A stretch of 60,530 nucleotides of DNA from Candidatus Acetothermia bacterium (GCA_022684035.1 JAJHSB010000080.1:1-60530), one strand, 5' to 3'; positions 40,295-50,503 are shown, numbered from the stretch's first letter. Numbers and translations are program-made. Notes: generated by a model from the sequence alone, not told the origin.

Positions 40295-40324
40295 ATAGAT
40301 AGGCACGCTAATTAACCTATCTAT
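40295..40324 (+). terminator. Hairpin after rpsA (possible terminator or processing site)
   Basis: atagatagg / cctatctat perfect 9-bp stem; no U tract. Confidence 0.4.
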
Positions 40325-40403
40325 ACGGAAGTTGAGATAAAATTTCTGTGTGTTGCACGGAAGGAAGATAGAAAAAAGATAACACTTACCGGAGGTAGTG
40401 GAA

Positions 40404-40715
40404 ATGAATAAAAATGAGCTCATCAATCAGCTGGCAGAGATATCACAATTGACGAAAAAAAAGGCGCATGTAGTACTCAATTCAGTCCTAAACTTGATCG
40501 AGGAGAGCTTAGTACGCGGTGAAGAAGTAAAGCTTGTCGGATTCGGTAAGTTTGCGGTAAAAGAACGAAAAGCCAGCAACCGTATCAACCCTCAGACTAA
40601 ACTGCCAATCACAGTTCAGGCAAAAGTCATCCCTGTTTTTCGGCCGGGGAAAGACCTCAAGAGCAAGATCGAAAAGAGCCTGAAGATAACAAAGAAAGGG
40701 ATTGAGCTTAAGTAA
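40404..40715 (+). CDS. hup: HU-family DNA-binding protein
   Basis: MNKNELI...VKLVGFGKF...NPQT...PVFRPGKDLK. Confidence 0.92.
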   Translation: MNKNELINQLAEISQLTKKKAHVVLNSVLNLIEESLVRGEEVKLVGFGKFAVKERKASNRINPQTKLPITVQAKVIPVFRPGKDLKSKIEKSLKITKKGIELK

Positions 40716-40884
40716 GAATAATCGCCAATTATTGCACGAAGTTACAATTGAATAGATTAACAGAACTCGTGGAGTAATATTGGAGGTAATGTAATTTTTC
40801 AGCATTTCGGATGTCACAGGGTTGATCTGCGGCCGGCCTGTGCAGATAAGCGAGGTCGGCTACATTTTTGATTCCTCTGTAGAT

Positions 40885-42390
40885 ATGCAAAATAACTTTA
40901 CCAGCCCAGCACTAAAACCCAACGCGATCTTTGATGTTGTGATTATCGGAGCAGGTGTCATCGGAGTTGCAATCGCACGTCAGCTCAGTCACTACACCTT
41001 ACAGGTGGCTGTTATAGAGAAGGAGTGGGAAGTTGGACTGGGCGCGAGTTGTCGTAATTCTGGCGTCATTCACGCTGGAATTTACTACCAACCAGGAAGT
41101 TTACGCGGCCAACTATGTATGGAGGGTCGGCAGCTTTTGCAACAGTGGTGCGACGATTTAGGCATACCATACAGTATCCCCGGCCAACTCATTGTGGCAC
41201 AAAAGAAAGAAGAGCTCTCAGAGCTCAAGCGACTCCTGGCGCAAGGAGAGGCCAACGGCGTCTCCGGGTTATCGATTGTACAACACGATGAGATTACAGC
41301 TCTTCAGCCAGGAGTTGCCGGAATAGCCGCCCTGTATGCGCCGTCGAGCGGTCTTGTGCCGCCCTATACATTGACGATTGCAATCGCAGAGAGCGCTGCC
41401 TATAATGGTGTCTCTTTTTTTCTCGACAATAAAGTAACCGGAATTACCTATGACGAGCCGATATACCACGTGCACACCGAAAAAACCATCCTGACCGGTC
41501 GGTGGGTTATCAATGCTGCCGGTCTCTTTGCCGGCCAGATTAGCAAAATGTTGGATATATCTGTTCCGACTATCTACCCGTGTCGCGGAGAGTATCTGAT
41601 ACTGGACAAAGAGGTGGGCAAAGAGATTAAGATCTTAGTCTATCCAGCACCACCGCAGCAAGGAGGTGGATTAGGAGTGCACCTTACACCGACTATCGAA
41701 GGGAATCTGTTGCTCGGTCCTTCGGCAGAGTATATCTCAGAACAGGAGGATCATGCGTGCAGTAATGTAATTGCTCATCAACTTATTGATGAGGCGACAA
41801 AGCTTTGGCCTGCTTTGCCGGCAGATAGTATCATCGGTGCATACGCCGGTCTCCGTGCTAAACTTACTCCCCCGGGAATAGGTGGATATGACGACTTTTT
41901 TATCAAAGAAGCTCCTCTCTTCCCGCGGTTTATTAACTTGGTGGGGTTGGAATCGCCCGCTCTGACAGCAGCGCCAGCGATTGCGCGGTATGTGATGGAA
42001 ATAATCGCAGCACGAGAGTCATTACATCACAAATCTCCAGCTGAATTACGTGATTATCATTGGCCGCAGCGATTTGACTCTCTCCCTGAACAAGAGAAGG
42101 AAGGATTGGTGCGCACTCATCACGATCATGGTGAGATCATCTGCCGTTGTGAAGGAGTGACGAAATACGAGCTTTTACAAGCGCTACAGAGCCCATTACG
42201 GGTAAAGACATTGGTGGGGCTTAAGTACCGCTGCCGCGTGATGATGGGCCGTTGTTGTGGAGGATACTGTTTACCTCGGATTGTGAATCTGCTGAACAAT
42301 GAATATGGCTGGGAACCGACAGACTTTTACCTGCGGGGGAAAGATTCTCCGATGTTCAGCGGCTGGGTGAAGAAACTTTGTAATGGCTAA
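40885..42390 (+). CDS. GlpA/LhgO-like FAD oxidoreductase with C-terminal BFD-like [2Fe-2S] domain
   Basis: IIGAGVIG, ASCRNSGVIHAG, IICRCE...GRCCGGYC; start uncertain (40822 or 40885). Confidence 0.85.
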   Translation: MQNNFTSPALKPNAIFDVVIIGAGVIGVAIARQLSHYTLQVAVIEKEWEVGLGASCRNSGVIHAGIYYQPGSLRGQLCMEGRQLLQQWCDDLGIPYSIPGQLIVAQKKEELSELKRLLAQGEANGVSGLSIVQHDEITALQPGVAGIAALYAPSSGLVPPYTLTIAIAESAAYNGVSFFLDNKVTGITYDEPIYHVHTEKTILTGRWVINAAGLFAGQISKMLDISVPTIYPCRGEYLILDKEVGKEIKILVYPAPPQQGGGLGVHLTPTIEGNLLLGPSAEYISEQEDHACSNVIAHQLIDEATKLWPALPADSIIGAYAGLRAKLTPPGIGGYDDFFIKEAPLFPRFINLVGLESPALTAAPAIARYVMEIIAARESLHHKSPAELRDYHWPQRFDSLPEQEKEGLVRTHHDHGEIICRCEGVTKYELLQALQSPLRVKTLVGLKYRCRVMMGRCCGGYCLPRIVNLLNNEYGWEPTDFYLRGKDSPMFSGWVKKLCNG

Positions 42391-43615
42391 TAAGATCGAT
42401 GTCGCGGTCATTGGCGGCGGACCAGCCGGACTTGCCGCCGCTGTAGCGGCGCACGAAGCGGGCGCCGATGTATCTCTTATCGACCGTAATCATGATTTGG
42501 GCGGAATTCTAAACCAATGTATCCATGATGGATTTGGAATCCATCTCTTTGGTACTTCTCTTACCGGACCCGAGTTTGCGCAGCGGTATATTCAGCAAGT
42601 ACAGAAGAGAGGTGTGGAAATAATGACCTCCACTTCAGTCACCCAGTTGACATCTGATCGCCAGTTGATCTGTTCCTCACGCGGTATTCGCCGGCAGCTG
42701 GAGGCACGTGCAGTTGTGCTTGCTATGGGATGCCGGGAGCGGACCCGCGGAATGTTGATGATCCCTGGCGACCGGCCGGCCGGTATCTATGCCGCCGGAG
42801 TGGCCCAAAACCTTCTCAATGAACAGAATATATTAGTCGGACGCAAAGTGGTCATTCTCGGATCAGGGGATGTGGGCCTTATTATGGCGCGCAGTCTAAC
42901 CTGGGAAGGAGCAACTGTCTTAGCTGTAATCGAAAAGCTCCCATACCCATCGGGATTACCGCGGAATATCGTTCAATGCTTGGAAGATTATGATATTCCG
43001 CTCTATCTTACTCATACGGTAAAGTCGATCCACGGTCGAAACCGAATTGAGGCGGTAACCGTGGCGCAGACGGATAGCGCAGGAAATCCGATTACAGGGA
43101 GCGAGTTTTCCTTAGCCTGTGACACACTCCTTTTGTCAGTCGGGCTCATCCCCGAGAACGAACTATCCCGCGGCGCAGGTGTGGTTATTGACCACCGGAC
43201 CAACGGAGCGATCGTTGATGACTGCTACATGACCAATATCAAAGGAATCTTCGCGTGTGGAAATACATTACATGTTCATGACTTAGTTGATTGGGCCGCG
43301 CAAGAAGGAGAGAGAGCAGGATCGATGGCAGCGCAATACTCACAATATTCTTTTACACCCGATCGCAAGATTGCAGTTCGGGCGGGATCAGGAGTACGCT
43401 ATGTACTGCCCCACTATCTTACCACGAGGAAGAAAGTAGAGCTGTCACTGCGCGTACAAGCGCCAGGGCGAAATCGAGAATTACGACTTAACGCTGAGAA
43501 GCGAGTCATATTTGCCAAGGAGTTGCCACATGTACACCCTGCTGAGATGGTGCAACTGGAGATCACTCTCCCGCCCTGGGAAACGATGCGGTCGGTGGAG
43601 GTTTGCGTAGTGTGA
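42383..43615 (+). CDS. Pyridine nucleotide-disulfide (NAD(P)/FAD) oxidoreductase
   Basis: IGGGPAG, LGGILNQCIH.GFG, LAMGCRER, ILGSGDVGL. Confidence 0.88.
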   Translation: MANKIDVAVIGGGPAGLAAAVAAHEAGADVSLIDRNHDLGGILNQCIHDGFGIHLFGTSLTGPEFAQRYIQQVQKRGVEIMTSTSVTQLTSDRQLICSSRGIRRQLEARAVVLAMGCRERTRGMLMIPGDRPAGIYAAGVAQNLLNEQNILVGRKVVILGSGDVGLIMARSLTWEGATVLAVIEKLPYPSGLPRNIVQCLEDYDIPLYLTHTVKSIHGRNRIEAVTVAQTDSAGNPITGSEFSLACDTLLLSVGLIPENELSRGAGVVIDHRTNGAIVDDCYMTNIKGIFACGNTLHVHDLVDWAAQEGERAGSMAAQYSQYSFTPDRKIAVRAGSGVRYVLPHYLTTRKKVELSLRVQAPGRNRELRLNAEKRVIFAKELPHVHPAEMVQLEITLPPWETMRSVEVCVV

Positions 43616-44004
43616 ACGTCAAAAAGATGACCTGTATTCTTTGTCCGACTGGATGCCAGTTAGCAGTAGAGTGGATTGCTGCTCCACAGCCAATTGTAAA
43701 GAGAGTACGCGGGACGATGTGCATGAAAGGCCATGACTACGCTATTGAAGCGATAACGCGTCCCATACGTACCCTTACCACTACCATATTGGTAACGAGT
43801 GGGATTCGTCGCTTGACCAGTGTAAAAACAGCCACACCGATCCCAAAGCAATCGATTCCCCATGCGCTTAGAGAGTTAAAAATCCTTACAATACCAGCTC
43901 CAGTCTATATCGGGCAGATAGTGATAGAAGATGTAGCCGGCACAGGAATACCTGTAGTTGCAACACGAGATGTGGCGGCAAAGGAATCTTCTTCGGGTTT
44001 GTAA
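43612..44004 (+). CDS. DUF1667-family Cys-rich small subunit
   Basis: TCILCPTGC...C.KG..YA...RTLTTT...VKT..PIPK. Confidence 0.85.
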   Translation: MNVKKMTCILCPTGCQLAVEWIAAPQPIVKRVRGTMCMKGHDYAIEAITRPIRTLTTTILVTSGIRRLTSVKTATPIPKQSIPHALRELKILTIPAPVYIGQIVIEDVAGTGIPVVATRDVAAKESSSGL

Positions 44005-44037
44005 GGTCGATTAAGTTCGTAGAGTGAGCGGTTCATC

Positions 44038-44076
44038 TGCCTGTGGTTCCTCTCTGCGCGCGGACACGCACAGGCA
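44038..44076. repeat. REP-like palindrome between convergent genes
   Basis: tgcctgtg ... cacaggca perfect 8-bp arms. Confidence 0.55.
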
Positions 44077-44110
44077 AACGCCCTTCTCCTCTTTCTATAG
44101 CTGCTTTCTT

Positions 44111-45847
44111 TTAAGTGGTAGCACTGCCTGAGATTACGACATCGATAAGCTGCAATTGAATGTTGTTACACCAGTTATCAAACTCTAGTGAGCACACAAC
44201 TCCTGCATCAGCAATCTTTTCCAGAAAATCAATGTAGCCCCCAAAGTTAAATGCGATAAACGGCAGCGTGACATCCGCTTGAATTATCTTACCTTTCAAA
44301 TGCTTCCCATTAGCACCGACAAGATGGAGTTCGTCAAAGCAAGCACACGGCAACAAGAATATAGGAGCGGGATTACCCTTGCCAAACGGAGAGAGAAGAG
44401 CAAGATCCTTATAAGCATCGGTATTAACTCCTTGCGCATCTATTACGGCGTCAATTTCTAATCTTCGTTTAGCGGGCGGTCCTGGGTAATTTTGGAGATA
44501 GGAACGTACACTGGTAACAAACTCTGTCAATCGCTCATTGGCGAGAGAGAGACCAGCCGCCATCTCATGTCCGCCATAGTGAATAAGTACGTTTGAGCAG
44601 CTTTGCAGACAGGCTGTTATATTGAATCCGTTGACACTGCGACAGGAGGCACGGCTGATGCGGTCACCATAAGAGAAGACGATCGCTGGAACGTCATATT
44701 CTTCTACCAAGGATGATGCTACCAGTCCAATAATTCCTTCATTCCAGTATCTACCTCCCACAATGATAATCCCGTCTTGTGAAGGATGTATATTCTCTTT
44801 GGCGAGGATCTCTTTTGCTTGCTGGGTGATCTCTTGCTGATTGGCTGTACGGTCGTGATTATAATCGACCAGAACTTCGGCTAAATATTGAGCCCGATCC
44901 GGCTGGGTTGTTGTCAACAGAAGAAAGGCGACCTTTGGATCTCCCGCCCGATTGGCGGCATTGATTTTTGGGGCGATTAGATATCCAATATCATCTGCTT
45001 GTAGTTGTTCAGGCTTAAGCGCTAATTCTTTTATCAAGGCGCGTATTCCATATGATGAACCTTTTTCTCGGTTAAGAAGCTCAAGCCCTTCGCGGACGAT
45101 CGCCCTGTTCTCTACTTCGTTCTCCTTTGCTAGCGGTACAAGATCAGCGATAGTTCCAATACAGACTAAATCCAATAGATGGTAAGGTGTCGGCCTTCCT
45201 GTCTGTTCATATAATCCACATACTAATTTGTACGCAACCCCTACCCCAGCAAGCGAGCGATTGGGATAAGTCTCTTCCGGTAGGTGCGGATCGATGATCG
45301 CGACTGCCGATGGGAGTTCATCGAAAGGAAGATGATGGTCAGTAACGATCGTATCTATGCCTGCCTCACGAAGATCTGATATCTTCTCACAGTCTGAAAT
45401 ACCGCAATCTACTGTGACGACAAGATTAAATTCTTCTTCGATTGCCCGGCGGACAAAGGCGTACGAAAGACCGTGCCCGAAGGTGCGATCTCCCACTTCA
45501 ACCTTGATCGTCCCGGCCGGAAATAAGGGAAGGAGGCCGTAATAAAGAAGAGCAGCGCCGGTCAATCCATCGGCATCAAAGTCACCATGAATAAATATCT
45601 TCTCTCGGCTATCTATCGCATTGCGCAACCGTCTTACTGCTCTTTCCATTTGAGAGAACAAAAATGGCGAATGGAAAGTATGACGATCAGGATTTATGAT
45701 TTTACGCCATTGACGCCCACCTCGTTGCGCAAGGAGAATAGATAATAAAGGTGAACAAGTAAGCTCATTACTTATTTCGTCGACCAGATTGATCGCAGGA
45801 GGAACTGCCAAAGCCCACTCTTTTCCGGTAAAGAGAAGAGATTTCAT
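44111..45847 (-). CDS. recJ: Single-stranded DNA exonuclease RecJ
   Basis: HGDFDADG, TVDCG, TDHH, APKINAA.R, GGHEMAAG; ATG 45847 overlaps the secF stop. Confidence 0.94.
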   Translation of the reverse strand: MKSLLFTGKEWALAVPPAINLVDEISNELTCSPLLSILLAQRGGRQWRKIINPDRHTFHSPFLFSQMERAVRRLRNAIDSREKIFIHGDFDADGLTGAALLYYGLLPLFPAGTIKVEVGDRTFGHGLSYAFVRRAIEEEFNLVVTVDCGISDCEKISDLREAGIDTIVTDHHLPFDELPSAVAIIDPHLPEETYPNRSLAGVGVAYKLVCGLYEQTGRPTPYHLLDLVCIGTIADLVPLAKENEVENRAIVREGLELLNREKGSSYGIRALIKELALKPEQLQADDIGYLIAPKINAANRAGDPKVAFLLLTTTQPDRAQYLAEVLVDYNHDRTANQQEITQQAKEILAKENIHPSQDGIIIVGGRYWNEGIIGLVASSLVEEYDVPAIVFSYGDRISRASCRSVNGFNITACLQSCSNVLIHYGGHEMAAGLSLANERLTEFVTSVRSYLQNYPGPPAKRRLEIDAVIDAQGVNTDAYKDLALLSPFGKGNPAPIFLLPCACFDELHLVGANGKHLKGKIIQADVTLPFIAFNFGGYIDFLEKIADAGVVCSLEFDNWCNNIQLQLIDVVISGSATT

Positions 45848-46734
45848 CTTTTGGGGCTGTCGGCTCGCATCGTCCATGCATAAAGCACTGGATTAGCAAC
45901 ATATATTGAAGAATAAGTGCCAACGATTACTCCGATTATCAATGCAACGGCAAAACTCCGCAGTACCGGACCACCAACTATAAACAGAATAACCACCGGA
46001 ATGAGGGTTGTGAGAGAGGTATTAATAGTACGCGTCAAAGACTGATTGATGCTGCGGTTTATCACATCAAAGATGGAGGCGCGTTTTTCTACTGCAAGAT
46101 TTTCTCGCACGCGATCGAAGATAACGATTGTATCATTAAGTGAATAACCGATTATCGTGAGAAAAGCAGCGATCGTCGCTAAATTAACCTCCAACTGAAA
46201 GAGAACAAAAACACCCAAAGTAATTATAACGTCATGGACTACGGCAGTTACAGCGCCGACAGCGTACCGCAGGCGGAACCGCCATGAAACATAGAGCAAA
46301 ATTCCAACCAGCGCAAGTAAGATGGCTCCCCATCCCCGATGTACCATTTCACGGCTTATTCGCCCTCCGATAGCACGCCGGGAGATCTCCTCGGCAGGAA
46401 AGGTCTCTTCTAACATCGTCTCTACGCTGGTGATTATCGTGTGGTGCAGCTCAATATTAAGTGGAGTGGTGATAATGATATTATATGTCTCCCTAATCTC
46501 CGTAATTACACTGCCGGCAAGATCAATACCATCAGCCGGAATAGCGCCCAACGCAACACGTAAATCAGCTATTTCCACTGCGTCACGGAAAATGATGGTA
46601 AACTCAGTTCCGCCGGTAAAATCGATACCGAGATTCAACCCATTTACGATGAGCAACAAGATACTCGCTGTAACAACGACGAGGGAAAGAGTTATTCCGA
46701 ACTTACGCGTGCTCAGAAAATCGAACTTAGTCAT
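45844..46734 (-). CDS. secF: Protein translocase subunit SecF
   Basis: GLNLGIDFTGGT, GYSLNDTIVIFDRVREN, SLTRTINTSLTT, GTYSSIYVA. Confidence 0.95.
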   Translation of the reverse strand: MTKFDFLSTRKFGITLSLVVVTASILLLIVNGLNLGIDFTGGTEFTIIFRDAVEIADLRVALGAIPADGIDLAGSVITEIRETYNIIITTPLNIELHHTIITSVETMLEETFPAEEISRRAIGGRISREMVHRGWGAILLALVGILLYVSWRFRLRYAVGAVTAVVHDVIITLGVFVLFQLEVNLATIAAFLTIIGYSLNDTIVIFDRVRENLAVEKRASIFDVINRSINQSLTRTINTSLTTLIPVVILFIVGGPVLRSFAVALIIGVIVGTYSSIYVANPVLYAWTMRADSPKR

Positions 46735-46747
46735 TGTAACTCTTCCC

Positions 46748-47008
46748 TCACATATTGTAAACTCTCTTCGTCATTCGCGATTTGATTCGACTAGCCTTAT
46801 TCTTATGGAATGGTCCATGCGAGGCTGCCTTATCTGCCATCTTTGCCAGCTGAGGAAGCAATTGCTGTGCGCTCTCTTTATTCCCAGTGGCGACGTGATG
46901 TCGCAATTCACTTACTACCTGTTTGAGAGCTTTCTTTCTCATCAAGTTATGTTTTTTTCGCAAAATGTTCTGTCGTGCCTGTTTAGCGGCCGATTTTATA
47001 TTCGCCAT
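46748..47008 (-). CDS. rpsT: 30S ribosomal protein bS20
   Basis: MANIKSAAK...HKNKASRIKSR. Confidence 0.95.
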   Translation of the reverse strand: MANIKSAAKQARQNILRKKHNLMRKKALKQVVSELRHHVATGNKESAQQLLPQLAKMADKAASHGPFHKNKASRIKSRMTKRVYNM

Positions 47009-47151
47009 TCTCTTATCACCCCATATACTGCTCTTAATCCGGTAATAGAACCGTGCGTCACCAGTTACAGCAACTATTAGAGCCTTCTTTTTCTAAGCCT
47101 TCTTTTTACTAATTAATAAATAACTATACCAATTTCAGGGATAAAATCAAC

Positions 47152-47180
47152 TTGACAAAAAGTCTTTGCTGAGGTAAGTT
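47152..47180 (+). promoter_or_regulatory. Probable nrdD promoter
   Basis: TTGACA(47152-47157)-17 nt-TAAGTT(47175-47180). Confidence 0.5.
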
Positions 47181-47218
47181 TTAGCGACAATTTTCTATTA
47201 ATAAAGGGGGATTAAGTT

Positions 47219-49375
47219 TTGACATTAGAAAAGATTGTAAAACGCGATGGCCGCATAGTTGCATTCGATGAGAGTAAGATTACTACTGCAATTTGGAAAG
47301 CGATGCGCTCACTGGATAAGCCTGATGCTACCCTCGCAAAAGAGTTGACTGATCAAGTCACAGCGATATTAACGCGTCGATTTGTCCATGAACTTCCGAC
47401 AGTTGAAGGTGTACAAGATATCGTCGAGGAGGTTCTCCTCGATGGACAACACCATCAACTGGCAAAGGCTTATATCCTATATCGCAAGCAACGTACTGAT
47501 GCGCGTGAAGTAAAAGATTTGCTGGGCAATCTCTCTGTAGTAGAAGACTATATCAATAATGTTGATTGGCGAGTACGCGAGAACAGTAATATGACTTATT
47601 CTCTGCAGGGACTGAACGTTAATATTACCGACAAGGTCATATCGAAATACTGGCTTAATACAATCTATTCGCGTGAGGTCAAAGTTGCCCACGAACGCGG
47701 TGATTTTCATCTCCATGACTTGGGGACGTTAGGTGCCTATTGTGTCGGATGGGATCTGCAAGATCTTCTTGTCCAGGGATTTCGTGGTGTAAGAGGTAAG
47801 ATTGAGTCCCGAGCGGCAAAACACTTCCGCGTTGCGCTGATGCAGGTGGCTAATTTCTTGTATACGCTTCAAGGTGAAACAGCAGGGGCGCAGGCATTCA
47901 GCAACGTAGACACCTACCTTGCTCCCTTTATCCGCTTTGATAATCTCTCCTATCACGAAGTAAAACAGCACATGCAAGAATTTATCTATAACTTAAACGT
48001 ACCGACACGCGTTGGTTTTCAGACCCCGTTTACTAATATCACTCTCGATCTGAAAGTACCAAAATATATGGAAGCGACACCGGTCATCATCGGCGGTAAA
48101 GTTCAGAAAGAAGTGTACGGTGACTTTCAACACGAAATGGATATGTTCAACCGCGCATTCGCTGAGGTAATGACCGAAGGAGATCTCCGCAGCCGGCCAT
48201 TTACTTTTCCGATTCCAACCTATAATATCACCGAAGAATTCGATTGGGATAACAAAAACTTAGATGCTATTTGGGAAATGACCTCCCGCTATGGAATTCC
48301 CTATTTTGCCAATTTTATCGGCAGTGATATGAAGCCTGAAGATGCGCGCAGTATGTGTTGCCGGTTACGGATTGATAATCGTGAGCTGAATAAACGCGGT
48401 GGTGGGTTGTTTGGCGCCAATCCACTCACCGGCTCGATCGGTGTTGTAACAATCAATATGCCCCGTTTAGGGTTCTTGGCTGATAGCACCGCAGACTTTT
48501 TCGATCGCCTCAGTGATCTGATGGTGTTGGCAAAAGAGTCGTTACTTACCAAACGTAAAGTATTAGAGCAACTGACAGACAAAGGGCTCTATCCTTATTC
48601 CAAATTCTATCTGCAAAAGATCAAAGATTTTTCCGGTGAATATTGGAAGAACCACTTCTCCACCATCGGGCTGATCGGAATGAACGACGCCTTGCTCAAT
48701 CTGTTTGGTGAAGATATCACCACGCCACACAGTCATGCGTTCGCCATTGAAGTCCTTAACTTTATGCGGTCTAAATTAGCAGAATTCCAAGCGGAGAGTA
48801 GAGAGATTTTTAATCTGGAAGCAACTCCAGCTGAAGGAGCAAGCTACCGGCTCGCGAGGAACGATCTATCCCGCTTCCCCGACATTCGCATCAGCAATTT
48901 AGAACGTAGCAGAGAAGGTGAACCATACTACACCAACTCAACACACCTACCAGTTTCATTCACCCCTGATATCTTTGCCGCATTAAACCTTCAAGATCAA
49001 CTGCAATCACTTTATACCGGTGGAACCGTCTTCCATGGATTTCTTGGTGAGTCGCTGCCTTCAATACACGCAACAAAAAATCTGGTGCGTAAGATTGCGG
49101 AGAACTACCATCTGCCTTACTACACAATCACTCCTACGTTCAGTATCTGCGTTGAGCATGGATACTTTACGGGAGAGAATGCCCGGTGCCCAGTATGTAA
49201 TGGTGCGTGCGAAGTCTATTCACGCGTCGTCGGTTATCTCCGCCCGGTAGAACAATGGAACAATGGCAAACGAGCGGAATTCGCCGATCGAAAGGTCTTC
49301 TTTTTCGCAACCCCAGAAGAAACAGCAGACCAAGAATCGCTCAAAGAGCAGCTATCATCTGCAGTTAAGGCTTAA
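47219..49375 (+). CDS. nrdD: Anaerobic (class III) ribonucleoside-triphosphate reductase with ATP cone
   Basis: IVKRDGRIVAFD ATP cone, SMCCRL finger loop, NLEATPAE, C-terminal Cys cluster, glycyl-radical YSRVVGYL. Confidence 0.96.
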   Translation: MTLEKIVKRDGRIVAFDESKITTAIWKAMRSLDKPDATLAKELTDQVTAILTRRFVHELPTVEGVQDIVEEVLLDGQHHQLAKAYILYRKQRTDAREVKDLLGNLSVVEDYINNVDWRVRENSNMTYSLQGLNVNITDKVISKYWLNTIYSREVKVAHERGDFHLHDLGTLGAYCVGWDLQDLLVQGFRGVRGKIESRAAKHFRVALMQVANFLYTLQGETAGAQAFSNVDTYLAPFIRFDNLSYHEVKQHMQEFIYNLNVPTRVGFQTPFTNITLDLKVPKYMEATPVIIGGKVQKEVYGDFQHEMDMFNRAFAEVMTEGDLRSRPFTFPIPTYNITEEFDWDNKNLDAIWEMTSRYGIPYFANFIGSDMKPEDARSMCCRLRIDNRELNKRGGGLFGANPLTGSIGVVTINMPRLGFLADSTADFFDRLSDLMVLAKESLLTKRKVLEQLTDKGLYPYSKFYLQKIKDFSGEYWKNHFSTIGLIGMNDALLNLFGEDITTPHSHAFAIEVLNFMRSKLAEFQAESREIFNLEATPAEGASYRLARNDLSRFPDIRISNLERSREGEPYYTNSTHLPVSFTPDIFAALNLQDQLQSLYTGGTVFHGFLGESLPSIHATKNLVRKIAENYHLPYYTITPTFSICVEHGYFTGENARCPVCNGACEVYSRVVGYLRPVEQWNNGKRAEFADRKVFFFATPEETADQESLKEQLSSAVKA

Positions 49376-49438
49376 GATAAACCGGAATGGATAAATGGCA
49401 ACATCCAACCGTTGCCACTCCCCTCTCTTATTGTAAGG

Positions 49439-50152
49439 ATGAACATCGCGTATCTGCTGCCGCTCTCGTTGATCGACTATCTCGATAAGTTATCAGCGGT
49501 GATCTTTACAGCAGGATGCAATTTTCGTTGTCCCTATTGCTATAATAGTGAACTTGTGTTGCCGGAGAGAATCAGTACCACAAGTTCAGTCTCTGAAGAT
49601 GAAGTCTTCTCTTTCTTAACCCAACGCCGAGGTCTTTTAGACGGAGTCGTTATCTCTGGAGGAGAACCGTTGCTTCAGCCGGGGCTGCGTCTCTTTATCA
49701 CCAAAATAAAAGAGCTGGGATTTCTCACAAAACTTGATACCAACGGCGCGTTTCCCAAGATACTTAAAGAGTTACTCCGCAATAATCTCCTTGACTATGT
49801 GGCAATGGATATCAAACGATCAACAGATTATTATGAAGTGGGGGCAGGAGTAGCAGTTGACCTGGAGCGAATCATTACATCGATTCACTTGATTATCAAC
49901 TGCGCACCTGACTATGAATTTCGCACGACAGTCGTTCCAGATATTGATGAAGAAGAACTAATTAAGATCACCACAATGATCACCGGCGCCAAACGTTACA
50001 TCCTGCAACCATTTATAGTCCCGGCGCATAAAGAGCTCGTCGGGCCAATGGAAGAAAGAGCCCCGCACGGACCAGAAATGCTGAATCACTTATGGGAGAG
50101 GATAAAAGATAAATTCCCCGCCGGCGGCGTCCGCCAGACAGGCTCGCTATAA
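49439..50152 (+). CDS. nrdG: Class III RNR activating radical-SAM enzyme
   Basis: GCNFRCPYC, GVVISGGEP, KLDTNG, YEFRTT. Confidence 0.92.
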   Translation: MNIAYLLPLSLIDYLDKLSAVIFTAGCNFRCPYCYNSELVLPERISTTSSVSEDEVFSFLTQRRGLLDGVVISGGEPLLQPGLRLFITKIKELGFLTKLDTNGAFPKILKELLRNNLLDYVAMDIKRSTDYYEVGAGVAVDLERIITSIHLIINCAPDYEFRTTVVPDIDEEELIKITTMITGAKRYILQPFIVPAHKELVGPMEERAPHGPEMLNHLWERIKDKFPAGGVRQTGSL

Positions 50153-50321
50153 ACAGGTTAAACTGCAGTTCCCGCCGATTAATTCTCGATTATTATAATA
50201 ATTGAACCGGCAGCGGAAATCATACGACATACTATCGAATAAATCCTCATTGCGGTTGTGGTTAAAACAAAGTTATGTTACAATACGTTAAGAATAAATG
50301 GACGCAATGATTATGAATAAC

Positions 50322-50503
50322 TTACCGAGGCCGCAAAGAGCGCTGAGAAAGACAAACAATAAGCACTCTGAGTCCTCTGCGTGCTTGGTGGTAAAAAAAA
50401 TAGGGAAGAATGAAAGATGGCATAAACCGCATTGTGTGAGCAATCGGTATATAGAGAGTGCAGAGATTCTGGAAATAAATAATTCTCAGTCTGCTCTGCG
50501 GTT
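50322..50503. repeat. Two tandem imperfect palindromes of the ccgcag/ctgcgg type
   Basis: ttaccgaggccgcaaagag...ctctgcgtgcttggtggtaa (50322-50394); aaccgc...gagagtgcagaga...tctgctctgcggtt (50425-50503). Confidence 0.55.

Noticed and set aside
40350-40370. SRP RNA-like cggaaggaag motif
   Set aside because: Lacks the upstream tcagg and downstream cagc pairing of SRP domain IV.
46322-47080. 252-aa plus-strand ORF and the many other antisense ORFs over ribosomal and housekeeping genes
   Set aside because: Antisense shadows of well-supported genes, with no motifs.
47010-47218. NrdR boxes upstream of nrdD
   Set aside because: No convincing match to the CACTATATATAGTG-like consensus was seen.
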